In this document: in pieces, positions 25,001 through 36,826 of the stretch
Layout: every line of letters starts with the position of its first letter
How positions within the stretch are numbered: the stretch's first letter is position 1
Assembly: GCA_024704765.1 (NCBI GenBank)
Contig: JAKMXF010000030.1
Location: 10,525 to 74,524 of the forward strand
Length of the DNA: 64,000 nt
Direction of reading: 5' to 3'
From: Oopsacas minuta
Lineage: Eukaryota; Animalia; Porifera
Position numbers and translations under genes: made by a program
Notes under the pieces: generated by a model
Seen by the model: only the letters and a program-made list of their open reading frames with translations
The model's database searches: none
What the model was told of the DNA's origin: nothing

Positions 25001-27194
25001 TACTTCTTCTAAGCTAGAGAGGAGACGATTGGCTGCCAGGAACCAATCAAATAAGGGCCTACAGCACTTCACTAAAGAGAATAAACAGATGTTAGAAGGG
25101 TATGAGAATTTGTTCTATCTTTTGCAAACTAATTCTGACTATTTTGCTAAACTTATATTTGAAATGCCGAGCGGAAAAACCACCGCATTCATGCAGGACG
25201 TGATTCTAACCGTATTCAATTACGCGTCAACTAATAGAGAACATTTCCTACTGTTACAGCTGTTCGAGACAGCTCTGCTTAAGGAAGTAGAATCTAAAGT
25301 GGAAAGGATTGATGACGTCATAACGGGAAATCCCACTGTCATAAAGCTTATCATATCATTCACACGTCGGATGGATTATCAGCTGCATTCTCTTAAGCTT
25401 ATCCTTGGCCCGTTAGTTAGAAAAGTACTTCAATCGGAGGATAGAATCAGTTTGAATCCTGTGGACATCTACAAGGCCTGGCTGTCTCAAACAGAAATAG
25501 ACACCGGAGAATCGACCAAGCTTCCATATGAAGTATCAATTGTACAGGCATTGGACCACTTAGAGGTCAGAAATAGACTCAAAGATGCCATGGAGATAGT
25601 TAAGAACGCAGCTGATGAATTCATGGATGCTATATTCAGTAATATTAATAATCTGCCTTATGGATTGCGGTACATGGCTTGCAAACTCAAAGAATTCTTA
25701 GAAAACAAATTTCCATCAGCTGATCGAGAAGATATCAGTAAAGTAGTAGGAAATCTATTATACTACAGATTCTTGAATCCTGTGATAGCTGCTCCTGACG
25801 CTTTTGAGATTGTAGAGCTAGAGGCAGGAGAAAGTCTAGAGAACGAGCAGAGAAAGAAGCTGGGTAGTATAGCACGTATCCTACAGCATGCTGCTTCTAG
25901 GAAACTATTCGAGGGCGAATACAACTGTTTAGATGATCTGAATCCTTACATTATTAAGAGTTACGCACGCTTCATGGAGTTCTTCTCCCAATCAGCTGAT
26001 GTTTGTACCGCAGAAGAGAAGTTTGGTATCACCGAGTACTCAGATCTAGTAATGCTATCTCGACCTGTTATAAATATCAGTGCTAAAGAGGTTATTTCTA
26101 CTCACAAGCTCTTATTAGCACATCTTAACGCTATTACAGAGGAAAATGATCCTCTTAGAGAGGTGTTAAAGGAGCTAGGAGACACCCCGGATATACGAGA
26201 CCTCTTGGGGGACATAGACGATAAGAATATACCAGCGGAGGAGGCGCAGGAGAGATGGATCGAACTAGGGAGACAAGAAATAATGCTAACACTAATAAAT
26301 AAATTCGAGAACATTCCAAAGGACAATCACTCCTTAGATACGAACGCTAAGTTCCTGGAGACAAAAGGAATGATAGTAGACCTCATGAAGGTACACCCAG
26401 GGGACACTTTACCGGAAATTGTCACCTCTGTCCACACAACTGAAACTGAGAAGAAATATGATTTAATGATTGAGAAATTTGAAAGTCAAAACAACTCAGA
26501 AACAAATTTGCTTAAAAACTCTAGTCACAGTCATCACGGTAAGGTATATACCTTATCGGAACTAAAGTATATAGTTCGTGAGAACCTTGAATTCCTGGAC
26601 GAACAAGGCGTTGTCAGGGGCGAGGATGGGTATCAGAATATATTGAATGCGATAGCCAGAGATATCCGTAATCAACACAGGTATAGGAGGGAGAGAAGGT
26701 GTGAAAAGGACCGTTTGAACCAAGCTATTTCCCAGCTGGATAATAAACACGTGTTCTTAGAAGAACAATTTGAATATTATCAACTGTATGTACGTACTGC
26801 TACAGCTAATATGTCCAAGACAGGACACAAAGGAGCCCCTAAGAAAGATGTACAAGTTGTCACTTCTCCTGTGGACAGAGGGGACACTTTCACACCTAAA
26901 TCAATCCGCTACACAGCTCAGAAACTATTCGAGAAAGGAATCCTGATTGAAATAGAGGGCGTTTCCAGGACACAATTCAAGACATTACAATTTGAGATAG
27001 TTAGTGTCAGTCACGGGAGTTTTGACATAAACGCTAAAATGTTTGGATTAGCAGCTGAGAAAGTCAACTTAGTATTTGAAGATTTGTTACAGCTGAGATT
27101 TGAGAATGTCCAAATAATGAAAATCCTTGATCGTGTCAAAGTGAACGTCAATTTGTTAATTTACCTGCTAAACAAGAAATTCTACGGACGATAG
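22070..27194 (+). CDS. IQGAP: IQGAP (CH, repeats, WW, IQ, RasGAP-like, RasGAP_C); in-frame TAG at 24732-24734; first exon not located
   Basis: AIEYLSR|LEEARVW CH domain, MPAFSKI, WW (YPFYFNQSTDKYSWRQP), YYRFLNPVIAAPDAF, C-terminal NVNLLIYLLNKKFYGR. ORFs 22824-24734 and 24759-27194 are in the same frame. Confidence 0.92.
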
Positions 27195-27960
27195 TCCCCT
27201 GTACCCCTCCTCTCTCTCACTTGTGACCAATTTTCTATCTTGTATTGTTAGAATAGCTACTATTATCACTCAATATTTCTCTTAATATATTCTTGTATTT
27301 TACTTATTAATTATCAACAGCTCTCTAATCTAATTATAGACGTGTATAATAGGTTAAGACACCATTTTATCACCTGGTGGGAGGTAGCAAATGGTCCCAT
27401 TTAGGACCTGTTGCACCCTCTTAAAATCCTGGCAACCATATAGACGCTTTGGTATGCGTAAACTAACACTTATGAATTTGTTATAACTCAACAAGTAAAT
27501 TATTTGAATAAACCCTTGCTTGGTTTCTTGATCTTTCTTATATAGGTATTCTAATTGGAACTAATATAATTATTGTGTGGTTATTATGCAATATATGTAT
27601 GTGTTAGTTCTTATATATATAATATTTGAATAATAGCTGAAGAGGGGATTTAGGGTCATAGAGTGCGAATAGATATTATCACACCTTTTCGGATGCAAAT
27701 AGGAGACACTTTTTAGACCAATACCTTAATTACTAGCCTACTCTAACACCTCTTAATGTTAGTTCCAATTGTAACTATCGTTGCTTGATTTTAGGCGCGT
27801 AATATATAAAATGAGCGCCATACTTAGTGGCGGTTATTTTACTACATGGTATATAAATAACAACCAATCATATTCATTGCTTGTAAACTGTTCTAAAATT
27901 AGAATAATGTGTGAAAAATTTCCCTCACAAAATCTGGAGATTACTATAGTATATCAGAGG

Positions 27961-30900
27961 ATGGATGCCCCCCGTCCAGAGATCCAACTCCTGTCTATAC
28001 AGGTCCGTGAGGTGCAGGACCATCAACTGGCGTACTCCAGATTCAAGTCGTCTGTCTGTCGGTTATTTCAGCTCCCTAAGTCGACCCCCTTCATGATAAA
28101 GGATACTGTCTCTGGAGCTAAAATGACGCGAGATAGATTCTCAGAATATTTGAAGTCGAAATCATTTCCGTTAGTCTGGCGGATGATAACAGCTCTCCCG
28201 GGGGAGGAGGGTGTTAATAAGATCACCCTCTCACAGATGGACTCTTGTGCAACAGGGACAACAGACTCATCCACCAATACCCTAGACCTGTCCCCTCAAC
28301 AGACACCCAAGACCATAATAGATACAAATCAGTTACATTCCATTGCTCGTACTTTATCACTAGGGTGGAATGAACATACAAATACTTACGGTTTGGAAAC
28401 TAAAACTATACAAATTCCTAACTCAGGGAAACAGCTGATATTCATATCAAAGCGCGCCCAAAACCTATCAGTTTCCCCGCCACCAGCTGGCCAATCATCT
28501 CTCTCAGTCGGGGACCTAATTCTTAAAATAGAAGGGAGGTCTGTGACTGATATGAGTAGAGAGGAGATAGGGATTCATTTGAACTACCCCTTGGCTAATT
28601 TGAGGTCCATTTCTCTGGGTATTGTCCCTTGGACAGAGACCCCTCAGGACATTAAAGATATCATATCAGAGGCTATTGGATATGAACTAGAACCTACTTC
28701 TAATCAGGGACTAACACCTAATCAAGTGGATGTAACCGAGAGATTACCTACTACTAATTCGGAACCTAATTTCTGGACAATCCCTGTATCCTCAATAGAT
28801 GATCCTATATCTCCTGAACCAATCAAGACTCCTAACACCTCTCCTCGCAAGAGAAAAGCTAGATATCCATTCTCCACTGGATCAGCTGTTGAGCTAGTTT
28901 CACAGAACAGAAGTCCAAATAAGAAAATGGGTATTCTAACCGGAACTAAAGGAAGAACCAGGGCTCTGTCCTCTTGTACCCGATCAGATTCTTTCAATTA
29001 TATTCCTTCAGATCCGTTGTCATCATGTCCCGTATCAGAGCCAACTGTACCTCCTCCTGAACAGCCAATTAACACCTCTGATATTGGATTGTTAGCTAGT
29101 TCCACTGAAAATATCCCTAAACTGCTTTCTGATACTAACAACAAACAGGAACTATCAAATACCTCCTCTGATGGTCAGAATCTATTCAAAGATGACTTCT
29201 TACTGGAACCAAATCAAATATCAGCTGATACCAATGTGGAACTAACTTTAGTACCAAGTAGGGAGTTACTAGTGGATTCTAACCCAGAGGAAACTACAAT
29301 TGCTCATCAGCTGATTAGACAAGAATTATCAGCTGATATCAATCCGGAACTAAGTGATGAACCGGAACTCCCAGAAGTGCCCGATAATTCTAAACCAGAA
29401 CTAAATGAAATACTGGATGATACAGTACCTGAAGTTACCATGACACATTCTGAAGTATTTCCACAACTAACTTTAGTTCCATTTGACATGAATCCAGAAC
29501 TAATATCAGCTGATACTAAATTGGAACTAAGTGAGAATTCAGCTGATATCAATCCGGAAGTGACTTTAGTTCCATTTGACATGAATCCAGAACTAATATC
29601 AGCTTATACCAAAACGGAACTAAGTAAGAATTCAGCTGATATCAATCCAGAAGTGACTTTAGTTTCATATTTACAGAATTCAGACCTTGATCACTCCCCT
29701 GTGTCCAATTTAGACCCCTTCCCTTCTCCCCCACAACCTCCTATCAGGATCAAATTGTCCCCTCTTGGTCCGAAGTTCTCTCGCTCAGCTTCTGACAGCA
29801 AAACTAACCGTTTAATGCTCAGACAGTTTGGTTCTGGTTCAAGTTCCTCTGACATGGATACAGAAGATACGACAGGAATGCATTATGTCACAGATCCACC
29901 AAATGTTGAAGAGAAGTATAATATACTTAATCACCCCTTCGAGCCATTTGACGACACATTTCAGCCACCTAAAACCACTTCACACCTCAAGGTTTCACAG
30001 AAACAGCATAGTTCCAGAATGACGTCACTAGAAAAATTCGATTCATTCCGTAGATTTCTAACAAACTCTAAATCAGAGAATTATGACTTGTCAGCGAATA
30101 TGCCAATTGTGTCAGATCTTAACACCACAATTGTGTCCAATTCTTGCACGGAATTCATTAACCCAAGTTTCCAGGGATCTGTCCATGGGGTCTACCGGTC
30201 CTTTGATATGACAGAAAAGTCACACCCTAGGAAACCATCCTCTAAGAGGCGAGTTTCACACCTTGAGGCATTCGAAATGGACACTTTTAAGGATGTACAA
30301 TCTACCAATGATATTGCATATTATTCAACTGATGAATCTGATTATGAGAATGATGATTCACATTTTCACACCTCTAGACACATGACCGCTGTACCCATTG
30401 GTCTAATCACCCCAGTGAGACCCCGAAAACTTGCCGTCAATCGAGACCCTGACCCCAGACCGCTTTCAGGTACCGGAATCCCCCGCTCAAATTCAGAGGC
30501 CTCGAATTTGAGCGGGGGATTCTATGAAGATGAAGCTAATGGCGTCACAATCCGAGCCAGACTCATGCGTAAACAGAAAGCCATGTTGTCATCACCTCAC
30601 GTAACAGCTGATAGCATGGATTACTTTAACACCCCTGCCTCTCCTCCCCAACTACCAAATGGTAACAGAAGGAATTTCATCTCAGAGACTGTTAAAGTTA
30701 ATAAATCAAGTTTGTACTCTGGCAAACCTTCTGAATTTGTACACCCCGCATACCGTCCATACCAGTCAATCGGTAACATGGAGATTACTGAAAGAATGTG
30801 TGATAAACTGAGGGAGAAATTTCAACCAATCACAAACGGGCCTCTCTCCAGAAAACATGAGTTCGACGGTCGTAATAGACGAAAAGCACAGGACAGGAGT

Positions 30901-32439
30901 TGGAAGAACCTCTATGTCCAACTTCATGAGTCTGATCTGATATTCTACAAGTCAGAGGCAGCGTATAATAACGACAAACCAAACCTTAAGTCCCTGACAC
31001 GTGACAGAGGTGATCACCACTTCCAATATGACCACATTGTGTCGCTACACCACGCTAAACTATACATTCCAAACGACTATATGGCTGTCAAGCGTAACAC
31101 TACAAGTTATGTATTCAGAATACAGACAGAGAACACGAGTACCTATCTCATACGTGCTCTCTCTCTCCCCCTCATGTTTGGATGGATTCTATCATTTATT
31201 GAGGCTCGTGTCCTCCCTCCTACAGACCATCCGCACTCAATTGGTCTCTTTCAGGACCTAGACAAGCGACAAAAGAACACCATTGAGGGGGCGAATAGGT
31301 ACATACAGCGTATACAACAGAAAATGAGATCTAAACTATTTACACGCAGAGACTCTGAGATCTCTCTGGAACCAATTTTCGGACCTTCCATCTTGAAATG
31401 TGCACACGCGCGTGAGAACGAAAAAATACCTCTGTTTGTTGAGATGTGTGTGAAGGAGATAGAGGAGAGGGGGATGGAATCTGATGGGATCTATAGGGTG
31501 TCTGGGACAGCTCGAAACATCAAATCTCTCCGTGACGACATGTCTCGTGGAGTTGATATAGATCCAGATGATGAGAGATGGGCAGATGAGAATAACATAG
31601 CAGGCTTATTCAAATTATTCTTTAAGGAACTAACAGAACCATTAGTATCAGCTGATCTCTACAATTCTCTAATTGGTACTATAAGCAAAACACTTGATTC
31701 ACAAGGTCAGCTGATTAGAGAGGTACAAAGGTTGATACAATCAATGCCTGACACAAATCTTAACACCTTAGACTACGTAGTGGCACATTTGTGTCGTGTG
31801 GCACAATGTTCCACTAAGAATCGCATGAGTGTCAGGAACCTAGCAATTGTATTTGGGCCTACTCTGATAACACGGAGAGACCTGACTAGTATCGAACTTA
31901 TCAGCCAAACAAATGCCCAGGTATGCATTATGGAACTATTGATTCTACACTATGACCATGTGTTTAACTGCAAACCAATCAAAGATCAGCTGTTCGATTC
32001 CAAAAGGTGTCCGAGTTCTCTATCCACTCACTCAATTGTCCGTCAGTCACGGAATTCTACTTCTGGGTTTCCAGGTGATAAGATCCGCCGCGTGTCGAGT
32101 ACAGATCCTCCTCTCCCTTCTACAACACCTCCGCCCCCCTATCCTGATCCTCATGAACCCCTGGATTCCAAATTGTCCCGCTCATGGAGCGAGGAGGTAC
32201 TGACGAGGGTAAATATAATCGGTGAATCATTCGGGAGTGAATTATTCAGGGGCAGCCCAACCGAAGCCATTAACACCTCTTCAACTCTCCCCAGAGGACG
32301 CTCAGGCCACTCCCCAATAGAGCAGACGATCCCCCATCCCCTCAGCAACACCCACTGGCACATCCCTCTTGATCATATCCCTCCATCTATTGTCCGAATA
32401 GATCGCTCCAATTCTAAAAAGAATTCTACATTTTTCTAA
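27961..32439 (+). CDS. ARHGAP21: ARHGAP21/23-like PDZ-PH-RhoGAP protein, apparently intronless
   Basis: PDZ-like (LSVGDLILKIEG), spectrin-type PH (RSWKNLYVQL), RhoGAP (IPLFVEMCVKEIEERG..GIYRVSG..DDERW..LFFKELTEPL..NLAIVFGPTL). The start is taken at MDAPRP; an upstream extension is possible. Confidence 0.85.
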   Translation: MDAPRPEIQLLSIQVREVQDHQLAYSRFKSSVCRLFQLPKSTPFMIKDTVSGAKMTRDRFSEYLKSKSFPLVWRMITALPGEEGVNKITLSQMDSCATGTTDSSTNTLDLSPQQTPKTIIDTNQLHSIARTLSLGWNEHTNTYGLETKTIQIPNSGKQLIFISKRAQNLSVSPPPAGQSSLSVGDLILKIEGRSVTDMSREEIGIHLNYPLANLRSISLGIVPWTETPQDIKDIISEAIGYELEPTSNQGLTPNQVDVTERLPTTNSEPNFWTIPVSSIDDPISPEPIKTPNTSPRKRKARYPFSTGSAVELVSQNRSPNKKMGILTGTKGRTRALSSCTRSDSFNYIPSDPLSSCPVSEPTVPPPEQPINTSDIGLLASSTENIPKLLSDTNNKQELSNTSSDGQNLFKDDFLLEPNQISADTNVELTLVPSRELLVDSNPEETTIAHQLIRQELSADINPELSDEPELPEVPDNSKPELNEILDDTVPEVTMTHSEVFPQLTLVPFDMNPELISADTKLELSENSADINPEVTLVPFDMNPELISAYTKTELSKNSADINPEVTLVSYLQNSDLDHSPVSNLDPFPSPPQPPIRIKLSPLGPKFSRSASDSKTNRLMLRQFGSGSSSSDMDTEDTTGMHYVTDPPNVEEKYNILNHPFEPFDDTFQPPKTTSHLKVSQKQHSSRMTSLEKFDSFRRFLTNSKSENYDLSANMPIVSDLNTTIVSNSCTEFINPSFQGSVHGVYRSFDMTEKSHPRKPSSKRRVSHLEAFEMDTFKDVQSTNDIAYYSTDESDYENDDSHFHTSRHMTAVPIGLITPVRPRKLAVNRDPDPRPLSGTGIPRSNSEASNLSGGFYEDEANGVTIRARLMRKQKAMLSSPHVTADSMDYFNTPASPPQLPNGNRRNFISETVKVNKSSLYSGKPSEFVHPAYRPYQSIGNMEITERMCDKLREKFQPITNGPLSRKHEFDGRNRRKAQDRSWKNLYVQLHESDLIFYKSEAAYNNDKPNLKSLTRDRGDHHFQYDHIVSLHHAKLYIPNDYMAVKRNTTSYVFRIQTENTSTYLIRALSLPLMFGWILSFIEARVLPPTDHPHSIGLFQDLDKRQKNTIEGANRYIQRIQQKMRSKLFTRRDSEISLEPIFGPSILKCAHARENEKIPLFVEMCVKEIEERGMESDGIYRVSGTARNIKSLRDDMSRGVDIDPDDERWADENNIAGLFKLFFKELTEPLVSADLYNSLIGTISKTLDSQGQLIREVQRLIQSMPDTNLNTLDYVVAHLCRVAQCSTKNRMSVRNLAIVFGPTLITRRDLTSIELISQTNAQVCIMELLILHYDHVFNCKPIKDQLFDSKRCPSSLSTHSIVRQSRNSTSGFPGDKIRRVSSTDPPLPSTTPPPPYPDPHEPLDSKLSRSWSEEVLTRVNIIGESFGSELFRGSPTEAINTSSTLPRGRSGHSPIEQTIPHPLSNTHWHIPLDHIPPSIVRIDRSNSKKNSTFF

Positions 32440-32713
32440 TTTGCCACCAGAGCATGTAAATAGCAGATAAATCTGTAATATTTTATTCATTTAATTATGA
32501 CAGTATGATATACTTATTATGGGTCTATTCACACCTGATTTTGGTAATATACAAACTGTGTTTGTTACAAATATAGATATTATAAAATAAACGACAATAT
32601 CTAGTGATTAATAACATTCCGAACTCAATTAATAACTTCAAAAGTGTTAATCATAATTATATAAACTAATCTTGATGGAATCCATGGTCCAAATTTGAAT
32701 TATAATTATATTA

Positions 32714-32903
32714 CAGTGTATACCGGTATAAATATACAGGAATATATGAGAACCCTCTTCCAGAGGATGGTGCTTATAACCGGTATAAACCGTCTTCCAG
32801 AGGATGGTGCTTATAACCGGTATAAACCGTCTTCCAGAGGATGGTGCTTATAACCGGTATAAACCGTCTTCCAGAGGATGGTGCTTATAACCGGTATATA
32901 CTG
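32714..32903. mobile_element. MITE-like element with internal 37-bp tandem amplification (4 units); relatives at ~42975-43085 and ~45720-45875
   Basis: Termini CAGTGTATACCGGTATA / TACCGGTATATACTG. Unit ACCGTCTTCCAGAGGATGGTGCTTATAACCGGTATAA at 32752-32899. Confidence 0.6.
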
Positions 32904-33072
32904 TGTTTGTGATTATTTGATACTATCCATAGTCCATACAGATTATGATTTAATTTCTCGAATTCCGCTCTCTCAGATTTTGAGCCATTTGTGTCAAGCC
33001 ACTTTACGCCACTTTATACTTTCAAGTTTATTCGACACAAAATTATTTGTCAAAACAGTTCATAAATACGCA

Positions 33073-33339
33073 AACTATAAACAGCTGTTTGCTATTAATC
33101 TTATCCATATATAGCGACACAATTCTAACACTTATATATTTCCTCTTAACTTAATTAACTCTGTAACAAACAAACAAACAAATGTTCTTATCTTATACTT
33201 TAAAACAATATAATCATATTTTCACACCTTCGTCATTTCTAAGAGGACACATGAATACTCACAGATATCACTTATCGTATTCATGATTATATAACTATTC
33301 TAAAGGTGACAAGTTAATTGGTTTAGTTCCAATTTAAAT
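33073..33339. repeat. 267-bp dispersed repeat; inverted copy at 40495-40761
   Basis: Reverse-complement match along the whole length with scattered substitutions. Confidence 0.9.
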
Positions 33340-33520
33340 CTAAACTCTGGTAACATTTGTAAAGATTCTCTTATACTTTTGTCTCTGATTAACAAATAAT
33401 AATTGAAAACCAAATTTTGACACTTAATCATAATTTTACGCGGGGATTCGTATATATTATAATTACAAATATTTAATTGTGATCAGAGGTCAGATAGATT
33501 AAATAATAATAATAATAATA

Positions 33521-33767
33521 CACTGCCTGGCCAAAAGTATTGGAACACTGTTTACAACTTGTGCACAAGTGGCATTAGATGAGAATATGTTGAAAGATTC
33601 TATGGATATTCCAGAAAGTAGAACAATAGCTTGTTATCATTCGTTTTATGATATATTTATGTTCAAAATTTTTGAAACCATCTTTAGCTTATACAACTAT
33701 GGTAGCATACCCTTTGTTTCAGGTATTAATTGTGGCAGGGTGTTCCAATACTTTTGGCCAGGCAGTG
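33521..33767. mobile_element. Tc1/mariner-type non-autonomous element, 247 bp
   Basis: Perfect 28-bp TIR CACTGCCTGGCCAAAAGTATTGGAACAC, flanked by TA on both sides. Confidence 0.88.
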
Positions 33768-36700
33768 TATGTAACGAATACCTGATATACCCGCTTAAAA
33801 TTATAGATCATGTTCTCCCGCTTATATATTATCATTTTGGCGCCTTAATTGTATATATTCCTCTCATAATTCATCGTTTTAGCGCCTATAATTTTGTCTA
33901 ATTCTATCTAGAGGTGACAGACAATTGCTTCTTAGTCCAGACCAATCAAAGTATACATTATGCTTTATGGACTCCTGGCATGTAGGTGTGAAATTATATT
34001 ATGGAACTATAACTAATCATATTCAAGATTTTACTTAACAACCATATCCATCTCAAGAATTCGAAGATTGTACAGTTTCTTGGCTATGAGACAATTATCC
34101 ACAAACCTGATACAATGAAACCTCGTTAATACGTACTCCGGATAAGGAGTACAAATCTCGACGGTCCCTTGGTGTACGTATTGACGAAGTTCTACTGTAA
34201 TATGATAAATCACCCAAATAGGATAACCGCCCATAACACATCCTTATTAAAGATATATAACTATTCTTGCATTTTGTTTGAGTGTAATTATTGTGTTGAG
34301 GGTTGTAACAGGTGTGAGGTGGTTTGTAGGTGGAACAGATATTAAACCTGTGTTTACCATCAAAGATAGGAAATTGCTTTTATAAAAGAAGTTAAAAACA
34401 TAACTGAAAAACAAATGTGTATGTGCATATTAGGCGCGTACTTGTACATGTTAAGCGCATCTTTTATATTTTAAGCGCGTACTCAATAGTTTAGGCGCGC
34501 TAATTAACTCTGATTGAATGGAAATTTATTCAAATTTGAATCAATAATTCTTCCTTGTATTCTTGTGTGTACAGATTACACACCTTATCGTATCGTTATC
34601 AATAATGGATTATTTGTTTTGAGACAACTGGTACAGCTGATTCGAATGATCTATTCGTGTTTGTCTGGTATGCCCTGTAAACAAATAGTGATACAAATAA
34701 ACAATATTGTTAAGTGAATTGATATAAGGGACAATACGATAATAAGGTTAAAGTCTGTTGTGATTATTTACAAAGAATGTTACAGATAGTTCCAGTACAC
34801 AGCAACCAGAATTTTTGCAATAGAGCAAAATTTGAATATTTACCCGCGCAATTTCTGAGAAAACTGCCGTATATCTTGCCCAATCAGATTAGAGGGTCTA
34901 CCTAATACTTCTAAGCTGATATTCCATTGGTCAATTGATTCCATAGTACACGTAATACTAAAAATTCCTAATTGCTTATCCTACATATTTTAAGGTGTCA
35001 TATAAATCTAATTATAGTATAAGCTAAAATTCTGTAATATATTCTGGAGAATAATCTCTGGATTGTGGCCACACCTATCATTTATGACTCATATCATGTA
35101 ACATAAAGTCTGCTGTCGATAATTTGTGAATTTTAAGCATTATTATATTGCTCCTATGTTTCTTCGATTAATTGGTTCCATGTGGAACCAAGATGCCGTC
35201 GGCATTTATACATTGTCCATACCTCCCCTGTCTGGACTGGAGGAGGAGTTTGATAGGAACTTCGCCCTAACCGTCCGCACAGGGCCGTCATAGTCACAAT
35301 TCAATTGTTTCTATCTGTATAGTTAATGAATGAATGAATTATAACATGTGGCAGTGCCACAATATGCCACAATTTCGATGGGTTCCTTTTCATCTATAGT
35401 ACCGAATAATAGATGGTTTCAATATGAATATGTGTTAATTGAATTTATATGACAGTTCAGTGTTGTTACATTGTAAAGAGTCGTTTAACTACTTGACAAC
35501 CAGTTTGGAATGTTATACGCGTTCCTACGTATTATATTGGAGTAACACGAATTCTTTCGTGGTAACTAAGCAACTGCTGCTATTTACGTAACTGCGAAGA
35601 TTTTAAGCGCCGAAAATTGTAGTCTTTATTATTGACAGTCAGCTGGTTTATAAATCAAACAGTTGACTAGTTAATTCATTCATTAACTACTGAATAACAC
35701 TTGATTATTCACACCTAACGGAATAATAATATTTCTTTCTTCTTCTGAAGTTCTGAGGTTATGGTTTCGAGCGCAAAACTAATTAAGTTTGATTGAAACT
35801 ACCGCACTTTTGTCTATCATTCTTTTATCTATGCTGACATCATAGTTCCAATTGTAACTATAACGTGTGATGATTTATATGGTCCCTTTGTGGGGGAAAT
35901 TCTAAATTCTGGATTTGGAAATGTTTTCAATATTTATATTCAATTCTAATCATTTTCAAATCGTAAATTATATATCCATATATGGAACTATTTTATATAC
36001 ATATGGAACTATAAATTGCCTTCATTTCTGCTGATAAAACACCAATCAGATACCTTTCTTTAGTTCCAATCCACTTGTGATAATATTTCTAATTAATATA
36101 CAATTATTAAGGACCTTTATTAGGACTCACACGAATTAAACCTAGATATTCAAACTGAAACTATAGAACACCTGCATTCAGTTAGTTCCTATTTAGGGGA
36201 AAGTTTGTAACCTGAGGGCCACACTTGTGATGTCGGGTACACAAGGACAATGGGCGTAGCAGAACAGGATGTAGGGATGCACAACCTGTCAAATTCTAAG
36301 GGGGGCAGGTCTCATACGTATCGTGGGATCATAAGGGCTCCATGGGGGCAAGATATTGGGTACAATATAAGGTCTATTTGTTCCAAGAATAAAATGCTAT
36401 TTCCAAAACATTTTTCTCGCTTTTTGCCGCGTCATACAGGATTTTGGCGCTCAGAGATAGCTTATACTGAGAAATATTTTCCAATTTTCGGCGCCAAATA
36501 GATAATTCAGGCGCTAAACTGAACTCAGCTTCTTACAGGAAAATAATTTGGTATTATAAGTGGCAGCTTATGATTAAATTGTGTCAGATTACCACTATTA
36601 GGAAATAATTATAGGAATTATTGAATTCTCAGAAGTGGCAGAGATAATCTTTTGTGACTCCAAATGGTTGCCGACACATTTTGCATTCCTAAGTAGCATC

Positions 36701-36826
36701 TTAACGACGTAATATATCAGCTGATATGAAGCATTTGCAAAATGTAAACACATTTGATATAAATATATTAATTACATATTTAGAATTAGGATAATATTAT
36801 GAATCAGCTGGAAGTAATGTTTAAAA

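Noticed and set aside
13328-32439. Functional Rho/cytoskeleton gene cluster (STARD13, IQGAP, ARHGAP21)
   Set aside because: The genes are from unrelated families with kilobase spacers, and there is no sequence evidence of co-regulation. Chance adjacency is plausible.
32752-32899. 37-bp direct repeats resembling a CRISPR array
   Set aside because: There are no spacers or cas genes, the context is eukaryotic, and the unit is part of a dispersed MITE.
33569-33901. 110-aa ORF as a transposase
   Set aside because: It runs through the 247-bp element's TIR into flanking DNA and has no DDE/D or HTH motif.
34000-36800. Hidden gene or RNA gene in the long intergenic stretch
   Set aside because: Only short ORFs with no recognisable motifs; I could not identify any tRNA, rRNA or snRNA signature by eye.
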